This document shows, piece after piece, positions 48,402-57,936 of a stretch of DNA of 64,000 nt (position 1 is its first letter; each line of letters begins with the position of its first letter). This DNA is from Candidatus Poriferihabitaceae bacterium (GTDB taxonomy: Bacteria; Pseudomonadota; Gammaproteobacteria; Arenicellales; Poriferihabitantaceae). A model generated the notes under the pieces. The model did no database searches. It saw only the letters and a list, made by a program, of their open reading frames with translations, and had not been told where the DNA came from. Location: NCBI GenBank assembly GCA_965214205.1, contig OZ243941.1, positions 927,154 to 991,153 on the forward strand, in the 5' to 3' direction. Both the position numbers and the translations under genes were made by a program.

Positions 48402-48434
48402 TTATCTATCAATTTTTCAATAATTGATAGATAA
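48402..48434. promoter_or_regulatory. 13-bp perfect inverted repeat (candidate operator) between the divergent osmC-like and esterase genes
   Basis: TTATCTATCAATT-N7-AATTGATAGATAA. Confidence 0.65.
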
Positions 48435-48511
48435 AGTGTTATTATTTTCTGCGAATTCATTTAATTTCGATGGCCGGGACAGATTGATACTTACCCGCCA
48501 ATGTCAATGAT

Positions 48512-49438
48512 ATGGAAAAATATAATCTCGATGCTGAAATAGTCGGTTTTTTGAAGGATTCGTCACGGTATTATCCGGACGTTCCGGGTCCCCGCACGAT
48601 AGAAGACGAGCGCCGTTGCTATGATCAGCTGTGCCACGCTTATCAGGCGCCCATCCCCGGTGGGGTCTTGTTCACGGATGGTACGGTTGGCGCTGCCGGC
48701 GGTGATCTGAAGATACGGACTTATGAGAAACCGGCGGTGGAAACGGATATCACGATTCTGTATTTCCACGGCGGCGGGTTTATTCTGGGCGGCCTCGAAA
48801 GCCACCATTCCATTTGCGCTGAAATCACGGATCGGTGCGGATATCGCCTGATCGCTGTGGATTACCGGTTGGCGCCCGAATTCATCTGGCCAACCCAGGT
48901 TGAGGATGCGGTGGATGCGTTTCTGGCGCTGGACCGGGGCAAGACAATCGTGGCCGGAGATTCCGGGGGCGCCCTGCTGGCCGCGGCAGTGTGCGTTTCC
49001 CGATGTGATCAGGAACGCCAGCCGGTTGGGCAGTTGTTGATTTATCCGGTATTGGGCGGTTATCAATTCGATTACGATTCGTATCGACTGTGGAGTGACG
49101 CTCCCGGCCTCTCCACTGATGACGTTGAACGATACCTGAGTCTTTGGGCAAAGACTCCGTTCCCCTGGTCCGACCCGCTGTTTGCGCCCTTGAGTTTTGA
49201 TCGGTTTGAAAAGCTGCCGCCCTGTATCGCCATCGCAGCCGAATATGATCCGTTAAGGGATGACGCCAGATTTTATGTTGAAAAGTTGAGGGAGGCTGGC
49301 GTGACGGCGGATTATTTCGAAGAGACGGGGTTGATCCATGGTTACCTGCGCGCTCGCCACTGCAGCGAGAAAGCCAGCCGAAGTTTCACCAGGATATGTG
49401 ATGGCTTCCGCGCTCTTGGTGAAAGAATCCCGGCGTGA
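48512..49438 (+). CDS. Alpha/beta hydrolase (HSL-family esterase)
   Basis: HGGGF, YRLAPE, GDSGG, EYDPLRD, HGY. Confidence 0.9.
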   Translation: MEKYNLDAEIVGFLKDSSRYYPDVPGPRTIEDERRCYDQLCHAYQAPIPGGVLFTDGTVGAAGGDLKIRTYEKPAVETDITILYFHGGGFILGGLESHHSICAEITDRCGYRLIAVDYRLAPEFIWPTQVEDAVDAFLALDRGKTIVAGDSGGALLAAAVCVSRCDQERQPVGQLLIYPVLGGYQFDYDSYRLWSDAPGLSTDDVERYLSLWAKTPFPWSDPLFAPLSFDRFEKLPPCIAIAAEYDPLRDDARFYVEKLREAGVTADYFEETGLIHGYLRARHCSEKASRSFTRICDGFRALGERIPA

Positions 49439-49713
49439 GTTCGGAGCAACATGCGAAGCTGATCGAAATTTTTCAGGGCATGCTTTCGATGGAAGAGGAC
49501 AGGCGGCAATGGCAGTTTACGTTGCCGGAGTTGTATGATTTTTGTTGTCAGTCAAACCGTGAGATTATTGAACTTGGGTACCCGGGGTTCAGAAAACTGT
49601 TGTATCAATATCCGACCAACCAGAAAATCGCCGGCAGCGGTGGCCAGTTCGTGGTGGTTGAGAACAAGGGGCACGTCGACCGGAATGTTTATGCGTTGAT
49701 CCGCGGCGGTTGA
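49435..49713 (+). CDS. Hypothetical protein
   Basis: 92 aa; GTG start overlaps the esterase stop (GTGA). Confidence 0.6.
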   Translation: MSSEQHAKLIEIFQGMLSMEEDRRQWQFTLPELYDFCCQSNREIIELGYPGFRKLLYQYPTNQKIAGSGGQFVVVENKGHVDRNVYALIRGG

Positions 49714-49750
49714 ATCAACCGGTCATGAGGCAAGCCGGGTGAGCGGGAAA

Positions 49751-49975
49751 CTACGGGGCTCCGGGTTTCATGGAATCCCGATCCCATGCCAGCGACAGGT
49801 GCATCGGTTTTCTGTCGGGTTTGACGAACAGGTCTTCCCGTGTCCGTTTGACCAGAAAACCGCCATCCAGCAGGATGCAGAAACGCTGGATGACATGGCC
49901 GCGTTTTTCTACACCTACGATCTGCCCCCATGACTTGCTGAGTTCATCGCGTATACGCATGCCGAGGAATTTCAA
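49751..49975 (-). CDS. Small hypothetical protein
   Basis: 74-aa ORF with an AGAGG RBS-like element, co-oriented downstream of the tubulin-like gene; alternative frames exist. Confidence 0.4.
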   Translation of the reverse strand: MKFLGMRIRDELSKSWGQIVGVEKRGHVIQRFCILLDGGFLVKRTREDLFVKPDRKPMHLSLAWDRDSMKPGAP

Positions 49976-50094
49976 ATGACTGCCTCTGCTTGGGAATTCA
50001 AGGAACCGGCAGAATGAACCGGGCCCGCGTTCAAGTCAAGTCACCCGGCCAATAAATTTGCATGATCGGGAGTCAAGGCTTCAGCTCGACCGCG

Positions 50095-50385
50095 CTATTC
50101 GAGAATCAACGGCTGAAAATCCGACCACAGGACAATCGGTTCAACCGGACGCGGCCGGTCTGCGGGAAAATGGTTCAGGTTGGTGGTTATTTCAAGACCG
50201 GCGTTATAAGCGCCGAGGACCATATACTGGATAAAATCATCGGGATGGTCTTCCAGAATGGTCTCGGCGCCACATTTATAGTTGAGTTGAATCCGCCATT
50301 TCATGCGTGAAACACGCTCGTAAGTGTGTTCACAGATGGGAGGCCAGAACAGGTTGAACATCTTGATTTGAGTGTTGATAACCAT
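50095..50385 (-). CDS. Small hypothetical protein
   Basis: 96-aa ORF with a GGGAG RBS, 30 nt downstream of the tubulin-like gene. Confidence 0.55.
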   Translation of the reverse strand: MVINTQIKMFNLFWPPICEHTYERVSRMKWRIQLNYKCGAETILEDHPDDFIQYMVLGAYNAGLEITTNLNHFPADRPRPVEPIVLWSDFQPLILE

Positions 50386-50415
50386 TGTTGACTCCCACCC
50401 GGCGCTATTTTGGCG

Positions 50416-51576
50416 CTATTGATTCAGGTGACTGGCTGAAAGGCCCGGCAGGCAGATATCCGCGTAAGATGTCAGATGATCAAAAAACTCATGGCAGTCC
50501 ATAGTCACGTTGGATTCATTGCCTTCGGACAGGAAGCTGTCGGCCAATCGTTGCCGCAGCTTGTCACTGATCCGGTCAAAACCGATCTCCCTGGGAACAT
50601 GTAAATGAACATCCGCGCAGTCAGAACGAAAATCCTTGCTGACGCATGAAAAGTCATCCAGATGATCAATCCACTGGGTGATGACATTACGCCATTTGCT
50701 CAGGGGTTCGCCGGGCAGGACCTGTACGCCGGGGTGGGTGAATTTCGCCAGATTGTAATAAATCCAGCCGCCTCCGGCGGCGGATGACAGTACCCGGGAC
50801 AACGCTCTGCCATCGTCGCGGACCGCAAAGCGCATGAACGCGTCCTGAGTGAATTTGGAGGTCACTTCCTGGCGGATACGGTTACGCAAGTCGACTTCAC
50901 CGGTTTTCGTATACGAGGTCAGACGCTGCCATGAGTGTTCGGTGTTGGTTACAAAAACCCCGCCGTTGAACGGATTGGCGTCGTCAGCCAGACCGTCGAG
51001 TTCGTCCAGGCTTCCCTGCAGGGTCGCCGGAACGGCCCCGTCCCCGCTATGGGGCAATTGTCCGACCCCGATGATCGTGCCGCCGCTGAGCTTGCCGTTG
51101 GCCAGGTGGTTGGCCAGATCAACCGCCATGCCGCTCCCGGTTCCACCGGCCAGATTGAAGCAAACCATGATTCTGGACGGCATTTCCGTTTGACCGACAT
51201 GTTCGGCGAAATCGGTCAGGGCCGCGTTCATCGATCCGCCTTTGTCATTGTAGTCCTTGTTGTACATTTTCCTGGCGGCGGCGCGGGACAAATGCGACCC
51301 GGCTTCGGCTCCATCCAGCGAGACCGCCTGGAAGTGGAAGTTCTCCGGTGGAATGCCCAGTTCTTCGAGTCGTGTCTTCAAGGCATCCGCATAGCCTTTT
51401 GCGCGGTCCAGATCTTCGTCGCCCGCATCCACCACAAGAGCGGCAATCCGCGCCCCCGGATTCATCAGAACATCTTCGAGTTCCCCGGTACGTAAAAGCC
51501 CGTCCACGTACCCGGCGCCGGAACGGCCAATGCCCACAACATGCAGGCAATAAGGTGATTCATTAGAATTCGACAT
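50416..51576 (-). CDS. Tubulin/FtsZ-superfamily GTPase-like protein (not FtsZ)
   Basis: N-terminal VVGIGRSGAG loop and tubulin signature NLAGGTGSGM; strong GGAGG RBS. Confidence 0.75.
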   Translation of the reverse strand: MSNSNESPYCLHVVGIGRSGAGYVDGLLRTGELEDVLMNPGARIAALVVDAGDEDLDRAKGYADALKTRLEELGIPPENFHFQAVSLDGAEAGSHLSRAAARKMYNKDYNDKGGSMNAALTDFAEHVGQTEMPSRIMVCFNLAGGTGSGMAVDLANHLANGKLSGGTIIGVGQLPHSGDGAVPATLQGSLDELDGLADDANPFNGGVFVTNTEHSWQRLTSYTKTGEVDLRNRIRQEVTSKFTQDAFMRFAVRDDGRALSRVLSSAAGGGWIYYNLAKFTHPGVQVLPGEPLSKWRNVITQWIDHLDDFSCVSKDFRSDCADVHLHVPREIGFDRISDKLRQRLADSFLSEGNESNVTMDCHEFFDHLTSYADICLPGLSASHLNQ

Positions 51577-51889
51577 CGTCTATCCTCCGATTAACCAAAT
51601 TGATACAAGTCCCAAAAATGTTGCCTGGAAACATCCTCTGTTGAAACACTTCACAGATAACCGCTACAGACATTCGAATTCAATAGGGGTTACTACCTAT
51701 TTTTGCCGAAAAACCGGACAAAAAAGTTGTATTAATTCTGGACTAATAAATTGAAATGTGGTAGAACCCGCCGATATCAGGTGGTAGAAAATTTAGACGG
51801 AACCGAACAAAACAAGAAGGTCCGGGAATCAATTACCTTGTCTTCAAGGCATGTTGCCTTGGTTCATAGCGCAAGGTAAGGAAACGATT

Positions 51890-53032
51890 ATGGGGTTAAA
51901 CAAAGGCAGGACATCCGCTCCCTGGCGGGTCGGGGTGCTATTTTCTGTAACGGGGAATACCGCGGTAATTGAGAGAACTCAATTGGCCGGAACGATGCTC
52001 GCCATAGAAGAAATAAACGAATCTGGAGGGGTTCGGGGGCGTCCGCTCAAACCGGTAGTCTACAATCCCATGTCGGATACCAGCGCGTTTGGCCGTTACG
52101 CCAAACAGTTGATGATCAAGGATGGTGTCAATACTATTTTCGGGTGTTATACCTCCAGCAGCCGGAAGTCGGTTTTGCCGGTCGTAGAGCGTCTCAATGG
52201 ATTGTTGTGGTACCCAACGCTGTATGAAGGGTTCGAGTTTTCCCCCAACATCGTTTACACTGGGGCGGCGCCGAACCAGACTGTGACCGCATTGTGCCAC
52301 TATCTGATGAAGCGCTATGGCAGCCGATTCTATTTCGTCGGTTCCGACTACATTTATCCCCGTGAGTTGAATCGCCTGATGAAGGAATTTCTTGGTCACA
52401 ACGGCGGCTCGGTAGTGGGGGAGTCTTACGTCAGCCTGCGCGCCAGTCATAACGAATTCAACCCGATCATCAGCGAGATAAAAAAATGCCGGCCCGACAT
52501 CATTTTCTCCACGGTGGTCGGAGATACGACCACTTATCTGTATCAGGCCTATGCGGATTCCTGTCTCGACCCGAAGACGATACCGATTGCCAGTCTGACG
52601 ACGACGGAAACGGAAATCCGGGAGATGGGTTATGACGTCGGTGAGCACCATCTGACCGCAGCCAGCTACTTTCAGGGCGTAAAGGGCGAAACGAATTCTG
52701 AATTCGTAAGAAAATATAAAGAATATTTCGGTGATGACGAGCCGACCAACGCCTGTGCGGAAGCCTCCTATTTTCAAGTGCATCTTTTCGCCAAGGCGCT
52801 GGATGAAGCCGGTACAATGGATACCGACGTTTTGAGAAAAATGATCATGGAAACCGAATACACCGCGCCACAGGGAAAAGTCTCGATGGATTCGAGAAAC
52901 GGCCACACGGCCCTGTGGTCCAGAATAGGACGCGCAAATCGTGATGGTCAGTTTGATATTGTTTATGAGTCAGGAAAGCAGGTCGAGGCAGACCCGTATC
53001 TGATCGGTTGTGGCAGGGTTGCTTCCGATTAA
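51890..53032 (+). CDS. amiC: AmiC-like cytoplasmic amide sensor (type 1 PBP fold)
   Basis: VGVLFSVTG, FGCYTSSSRK, YPTLYEGFE, GSDYIYPRE, FSTVVG; no signal peptide; upstream of an ANTAR gene. Confidence 0.82.
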   Translation: MGLNKGRTSAPWRVGVLFSVTGNTAVIERTQLAGTMLAIEEINESGGVRGRPLKPVVYNPMSDTSAFGRYAKQLMIKDGVNTIFGCYTSSSRKSVLPVVERLNGLLWYPTLYEGFEFSPNIVYTGAAPNQTVTALCHYLMKRYGSRFYFVGSDYIYPRELNRLMKEFLGHNGGSVVGESYVSLRASHNEFNPIISEIKKCRPDIIFSTVVGDTTTYLYQAYADSCLDPKTIPIASLTTTETEIREMGYDVGEHHLTAASYFQGVKGETNSEFVRKYKEYFGDDEPTNACAEASYFQVHLFAKALDEAGTMDTDVLRKMIMETEYTAPQGKVSMDSRNGHTALWSRIGRANRDGQFDIVYESGKQVEADPYLIGCGRVASD

Positions 53033-53649
53033 CCAATAATCAGATCAGAGATTTCAGTAGTGTGGGCAAGGACAGAGAATTTTTAAAGGATTTCAGAAGA
53101 CTCGAATTTCTGGTCGCTATCCCATTCGACGAAGACGGCAACAACATTACCCGGGAGCTGCGGCGCCTCGGCGGTATCGTAAAGCAACTGTGGCCGGCCC
53201 CGGCGCCCTTGCCGACTGAAGGTGGAATACTGATTTGCGAGTTTTTCCCCAACATCGCCGAGTGCACGTCCTGGCTGCCGGGGAATTCCCCGCTTCCATT
53301 CATACTGCACGTGCCCAGAAACCGGGAAGTCGATTTCAGGGAAATCCGTAATTGCGCCCCGCATGGATTATTGTACTCCCCGGTTACCGAAACGTCGATT
53401 GCAACCACCATACTGTTTGCGCGGGACCAGTTCAACTATGAGCGGCGCCTGCGGTTCCGGATCAACAAGCTGGATGATAATTTGAGGTCCATGCGTTCGG
53501 TGGAGAAGGCCAAGGCGATACTGATGGAGACCAGGAGCATTGGTGAAGACGAGGCATATCGGGTGCTCCGACAAACCGCGATGGAGCGCCGGATTACTCT
53601 GGGGACGATCGCCAAAGCAATTGTTGACTCCCATGAGCTATTGAGGTGA
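53008..53649 (+). CDS. amiR: AmiR-like ANTAR antitermination protein
   Basis: Degenerate receiver domain plus ANTAR motif VEKAKAILM....EDEAYRVLRQTAMERR; start codon uncertain. Confidence 0.82.
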   Translation: MWQGCFRLTNNQIRDFSSVGKDREFLKDFRRLEFLVAIPFDEDGNNITRELRRLGGIVKQLWPAPAPLPTEGGILICEFFPNIAECTSWLPGNSPLPFILHVPRNREVDFREIRNCAPHGLLYSPVTETSIATTILFARDQFNYERRLRFRINKLDDNLRSMRSVEKAKAILMETRSIGEDEAYRVLRQTAMERRITLGTIAKAIVDSHELLR

Positions 53650-53672
53650 TAATAAGACGAGCGCAGTCATAT

Positions 53673-53772
53673 CAATAATGACGTTGCAAAATGGCAATAG
53701 CGCCATTGAAAACTGAGCGAAAACGCCCCTGAAGATGTCCGTAACCGGTTCTTGAGAAGGGGCGTTTTTTTT
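53673..53772 (+). promoter_or_regulatory. ANTAR-responsive leader: hexaloop hairpins plus intrinsic terminator
   Basis: CAAT-AATGAC-GTTG (53673-53686), AATGGC-AATAGC-GCCATT (53690-53707); terminator AAAACGCCCCT (53720-53730) / AGGGGCGTTTT (53758-53768) with further T residues. Confidence 0.75.
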
Positions 53773-53858
53773 GGCTGTTATGAATCGTAACCAGTCATTA
53801 TTCAGTAAAAGCTATAATGTGAATATTGTGAGGTTTAAATACAATCCAGGAGAAAGAC

Positions 53859-55046
53859 ATGAACACGATTAACAGACGCAAGTTTCTTAAAACAGGCACG
53901 GCCGCCGCTGCCGCCAGTGTATTGCCGATGCCTTTTATCTGGCCTAAGGGCGCCAGAGCCGATACCGTAAAGATGGGAATCCTGCATTCCCTTACCGGCA
54001 CTATTGCAATCGCCGAAAAATCGGTTGTCGATGCCGAACTGCTGGCAGTGGAGGAAATCAATAATGCCGGCGGGGTCATGGGGCAGCAGATCGAAGCCAT
54101 TGTCGAGGATGGCGCAAGCGACTGGCCTACATTCGCTGAAAAAGCGCGCAAGTTGATTGACAAGGACAACGTGGCGGCGGTAATGGGTTGTTATACCTCG
54201 GCCTCGCGCAAGGCGGTATTGCCGGTTTTCGAAAAACTGAACGGCCTGCTTTATTATCCGACTTATTACGAAGGACTCGAGATATCGCCCAATATCATGT
54301 ATACCGCGCAGGAAGCCACCCAATCGTCGATTGCCGCGACCGAATGGTTATATGAGAACCGCGGAAAGAGTTATTATCTGGTAGGTTCGGACTATATATG
54401 GCCGCGCACCACGATCAAGCTATGCAAGATCACTCTCGACCGTCTCGGCGGCGCTGTGGCCGGTGAGGACTACTATCCTCTGGGGGATATCGAGTTTTCT
54501 TCGGCGATCAACAAGATCAAGGCAGCCAAACCGGATGTCATCATCAATTGTGTGGTCGGCGGCAGTAATGTGGCTTTCTTCAAGCAATTGAAGGCGGCCG
54601 GTGTCATAGACAGCGGCACGACGGTATTGTCGCTCGCGGTTTCCGAAGAGGAAGTATCCGGAATCGGCAGTGAAAACACCGCCGGAACCCTGACCTGCAT
54701 GGGTTATTTCCAGAGTCTGGACAATCCGGCCAACCAGAAATTCGTCAGCGCTTTCAAAAACAAATACGGCGCTGACCGCGTCACCGGCGATACTCTGGAA
54801 TGCGCCTATATTTCGGTGTACCTGTGGGCCATGGCGGTCGAGAAAGCGCAGAGCACTGAAGTGGAAAAGGTAGTGGCGGCTTCGTCCGGACTGGAAATTG
54901 ACGCGCCCGAGGGCAACGTGAAGTTCCATGTTGACAATCACCATCTCTGGAAACACGTCCGGGTCGGTGAGTTCCTGCCTGATGGTCAGGTCAACATGCT
55001 GTATGAATCTCCCCTGATCGAGCCTGACCCGTTCCCGAAACTGTAG
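53859..55046 (+). CDS. urtA: Urea/short-amide ABC transporter substrate-binding protein (UrtA-like, Tat-exported)
   Basis: Tat motif NRRKFLK; GILHSLTGT, EDGASDW..FAEKA, GCYTSASRK, GSDYIWPR, NHHLWK. Confidence 0.78.
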   Translation: MNTINRRKFLKTGTAAAAASVLPMPFIWPKGARADTVKMGILHSLTGTIAIAEKSVVDAELLAVEEINNAGGVMGQQIEAIVEDGASDWPTFAEKARKLIDKDNVAAVMGCYTSASRKAVLPVFEKLNGLLYYPTYYEGLEISPNIMYTAQEATQSSIAATEWLYENRGKSYYLVGSDYIWPRTTIKLCKITLDRLGGAVAGEDYYPLGDIEFSSAINKIKAAKPDVIINCVVGGSNVAFFKQLKAAGVIDSGTTVLSLAVSEEEVSGIGSENTAGTLTCMGYFQSLDNPANQKFVSAFKNKYGADRVTGDTLECAYISVYLWAMAVEKAQSTEVEKVVAASSGLEIDAPEGNVKFHVDNHHLWKHVRVGEFLPDGQVNMLYESPLIEPDPFPKL

Positions 55047-55069
55047 CCCCGCAATCAAGGGCCGTGTGT

Positions 55070-55099
55070 CCTGAAGGGTTGTGTACGCAACCCTTCAGG
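55070..55099 (+). terminator. Stem-loop after the binding-protein gene (stabiliser or partial terminator)
   Basis: CCTGAAGGGTTG-TGTACG-CAACCCTTCAGG, a perfect 12-bp inverted repeat. Confidence 0.65.
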
Positions 55100-55163
55100 C
55101 GCTTTCCTGCAAACCAGAATTCATTTACCATGGAGTACCCGGATTGTTGAGAGTCGGATTGAT

Positions 55164-56066
55164 ATGAGCGGTGAGATACTTGCGTTGCAGGCTTTTACCG
55201 GTCTGAGTGTGTTCTCGGTGTTGATGTTGATGGCCATGGGGCTGGCCATTGTCTTTGGTCTGATGGGTGTGATCAATATGGCTCACGGAGAGTTGATGGC
55301 GATGGGCGCCTACACGACCTACGGTACATCGCTTTTGTTCCAGGCTTTCTTCCCCGACCTGATGGGCATTTATTTTCTGGTCGGCATCGTACTCGCGTTC
55401 TGTATGACATTCGCGTTCGGTTTCCTGCTTGAGCGCAGCCTGATCCGTTTTCTGTATGAACGGCCGCTTGACACGATGCTGGCGACCTGGGGGGTCGGGT
55501 TGTTGTTGCAGCAGGTCTACCGCCAGTTCATCAATCCAAGGCCGGTCAGCGTCCCCACCGCCTCCTGGCTGCAGGGTGTCTGGCAGGTTACGGACGATAT
55601 TTCCTTTCCGCTGAGCCGGCTGTTCATTATCGCGCTGGCTGTTGTTACGGCAACCCTGGTTTATCTTTTGCTGTACAAAACCCGCTGGGGATTGCTGATC
55701 CGGGCAGTGACCCAGAACCGCGAGATGAGCGGGGCGGTTGGAATAGACCAGAGCCGGGTGGATTCGTATACCTTCGCGCTTGGCTGCGGTCTGGCCGGAA
55801 TCGCTGGCAGTTCGTTCACCATGCTGGCGTCAACGGCGCCGGACACCGGCCAGGCGTATATCGTTGATACCTTTATCGTGGTTGTGTTCGGTGGAGTGGA
55901 GAGTCTGCTCGGGACCATTCTGTCGGCATTCCTGATTGGTGAAATACAGACCTGGCTGGGGTATTACCTGAGCGGGTCAATGGCGCGAGCGGGGGTACTG
56001 CTGCTGGTGATCGTCGTATTGTATTTCCGGCCAAACGGTCTGTTCGCCACCCGGGTCAGACGATGA
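55164..56066 (+). CDS. urtB: Urea/amide ABC permease, UrtB-like
   Basis: GLMGVINMAHGE, RPLDTMLATWG, VVVFGG, RPNGLF. Confidence 0.82.
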   Translation: MSGEILALQAFTGLSVFSVLMLMAMGLAIVFGLMGVINMAHGELMAMGAYTTYGTSLLFQAFFPDLMGIYFLVGIVLAFCMTFAFGFLLERSLIRFLYERPLDTMLATWGVGLLLQQVYRQFINPRPVSVPTASWLQGVWQVTDDISFPLSRLFIIALAVVTATLVYLLLYKTRWGLLIRAVTQNREMSGAVGIDQSRVDSYTFALGCGLAGIAGSSFTMLASTAPDTGQAYIVDTFIVVVFGGVESLLGTILSAFLIGEIQTWLGYYLSGSMARAGVLLLVIVVLYFRPNGLFATRVRR

Positions 56067-57196
56067 CGGTTGCCAGGAGCGGATCATCCCTGCGTAATTC
56101 GCTGGTGGATTTCCTGGAACGATTCGGGGTATGGATTCTCGCCGCGTTGTTGTTGCTTGTCGTTCCGCTTACCTTTGACATGTTCCGGCTGGGGCTGGCC
56201 GCGAAGTACCTTTGTTTCGCGTTTCCAGCGCTCGGCATTGTTCTCATCTGGGGTCATGCCGGAATCCTGAGTCTGGGGCAGGGCGTGTTTTTCGGCCTCG
56301 GCAGCTATATGATGGCGATGTTCCTTAAGCTTGAGGCCGCGGCCAATCCGGATTCATCGTCAGGTACGGCGCTGGCGGCGTTTTTCGGCTCTGCCGGCTT
56401 GCCGGATTTCATGGTCTGGAACAGCGTCGAGGAGCTACCCTGGTGGTGGGAGCCGTTTCATCATGTCTGGCTGATGATTCCGGCCGTCCTGCTCCTGCCG
56501 ACCCTGATCGCGTTCGTACTGGGTTACGTGAACTTTCGAAATCGGGTCAGCGGGGTTTATTTTACCATTGTCACGCTTTCCATTGCCGCCATCATGGCCA
56601 TTGTCATCATTGGACAGCAAGGTTATACCGGCGGCATTAACGGGATTACGGACTTCAGGACATTCCTGGGCATGAATCTGGACACGGATCAGGCCAAGAT
56701 CGTGATGTATTTAATCACCGTGTCGTTACTGTTGCTGGCCTTGCTGACCGGACGCTTCATTGTCAGGAGTCGTCTGGGAAGGGTGTTGGTGGCGATCCGC
56801 GATCAGGAGGACCGGGTGCGGTTCTCCGGCTATGACTCAGCCATGTTCAAGGCATTCATCTTTGCCATCGGCGCTCTGTTCGCATCCGTTGGCGGCGCTC
56901 TGTTCACGATCCAGGTCGGATTGGCCTCACCTTCACTGGTCGGCATCGTACCTTCAATCGAAATGGTTATCTATGCAGCGATTGGCGGGCGTATCTCGTT
57001 GATTGGCGCGGTCTATGGCGCGTTTCTGGTCAATGCCGCCAAAACCTTTTTCTCGGAAAATTTCGTCGAATACTGGACCTACTTCATCGGCGCCCTGTAT
57101 GTCTTCGTCGTCATGTTCCTGCCGGCGGGTCTGGCCGGAATCCTGAAAAAAATGCGTGGTTCCGAAAGTCGAAGGACCAACGGAAAGACGGGCTGA
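56063..57196 (+). CDS. urtC: Urea/amide ABC permease, UrtC-like
   Basis: WGHAGILSLGQG.FFG, LPDFM.W, GVYF, AIRDQEDRVRFSGY. Confidence 0.82.
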   Translation: MTVARSGSSLRNSLVDFLERFGVWILAALLLLVVPLTFDMFRLGLAAKYLCFAFPALGIVLIWGHAGILSLGQGVFFGLGSYMMAMFLKLEAAANPDSSSGTALAAFFGSAGLPDFMVWNSVEELPWWWEPFHHVWLMIPAVLLLPTLIAFVLGYVNFRNRVSGVYFTIVTLSIAAIMAIVIIGQQGYTGGINGITDFRTFLGMNLDTDQAKIVMYLITVSLLLLALLTGRFIVRSRLGRVLVAIRDQEDRVRFSGYDSAMFKAFIFAIGALFASVGGALFTIQVGLASPSLVGIVPSIEMVIYAAIGGRISLIGAVYGAFLVNAAKTFFSENFVEYWTYFIGALYVFVVMFLPAGLAGILKKMRGSESRRTNGKTG

Positions 57197-57200
57197 ACTG

Positions 57201-57935
57201 ATGTCTGAAATTCTTTCAGTGACTGATCTGACCGTTTCATTCGATGGTTTCAAGGCGGTTGACAATCTTTCGTTTTCAGTGGAGCGGGAGGAGCTTCGGG
57301 TGGTGATCGGCCCCAATGGAGCTGGCAAGACCACGCTTCTGGACATGATTTGCGGTAAAACCAAACCAACCCACGGGTCAATCCGGTTCAAGGACCTGGA
57401 ACTGTCGGAAATGGTTGACTATCAGATTACCCGCGCCGGCGTTGGGCGGAAATTCCAGACTCCTTCAATCTATCAGGACTTGACGGTATTCGAGAATCTC
57501 GAGATATCCACTCCGGAACATCGGGGCATCTATGGTTCTCTGTTTTTCAGGCACGATCAGGCCAGCATCGAAAAGGTTGAATCGGTGGCCGGGGACATAT
57601 CCCTGAAGGAGGAATTGTATTCCCAGGCCGGTACGCTGTCCCATGGACAGAAGCAATGGCTTGAGATCGGTATGTTGCTGATGCAGGACCCCGACCTGAT
57701 GCTGCTGGATGAACCGGTGGCTGGAATGAGCGCGCGCGAACGCGCCCTGACCGCTGAATTGCTGCAGAATATTGCCAAAGGGCGGTCGCTGGTAGTCATC
57801 GAGCACGATATGGTGTTCGTAAAAATGATCGCTAAAAAGATCTCTGTTCTGCATCAGGGCCGACTGCTGGCGGAAGGCAGCATGGATGAGGTGCAAAATG
57901 ACGAGCGGGTCATCGAAGTGTATCTGGGGAATTGA
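57201..57935 (+). CDS. urtD: Urea/amide ABC ATPase, UrtD-like
   Basis: VSFDGFKA, GPNGAGKT, GRKFQTP, LSHGQKQWLEIGM. Confidence 0.86.
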   Translation: MSEILSVTDLTVSFDGFKAVDNLSFSVEREELRVVIGPNGAGKTTLLDMICGKTKPTHGSIRFKDLELSEMVDYQITRAGVGRKFQTPSIYQDLTVFENLEISTPEHRGIYGSLFFRHDQASIEKVESVAGDISLKEELYSQAGTLSHGQKQWLEIGMLLMQDPDLMLLDEPVAGMSARERALTAELLQNIAKGRSLVVIEHDMVFVKMIAKKISVLHQGRLLAEGSMDEVQNDERVIEVYLGN

Positions 57936-57936
57936 T

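Noticed and set aside
50416-51576. Calling the tubulin-like gene ftsZ or tubZ
   Set aside because: It lacks FtsZ-specific motifs and cell-division neighbours, and no TubR gene or centromere-like repeats are visible.
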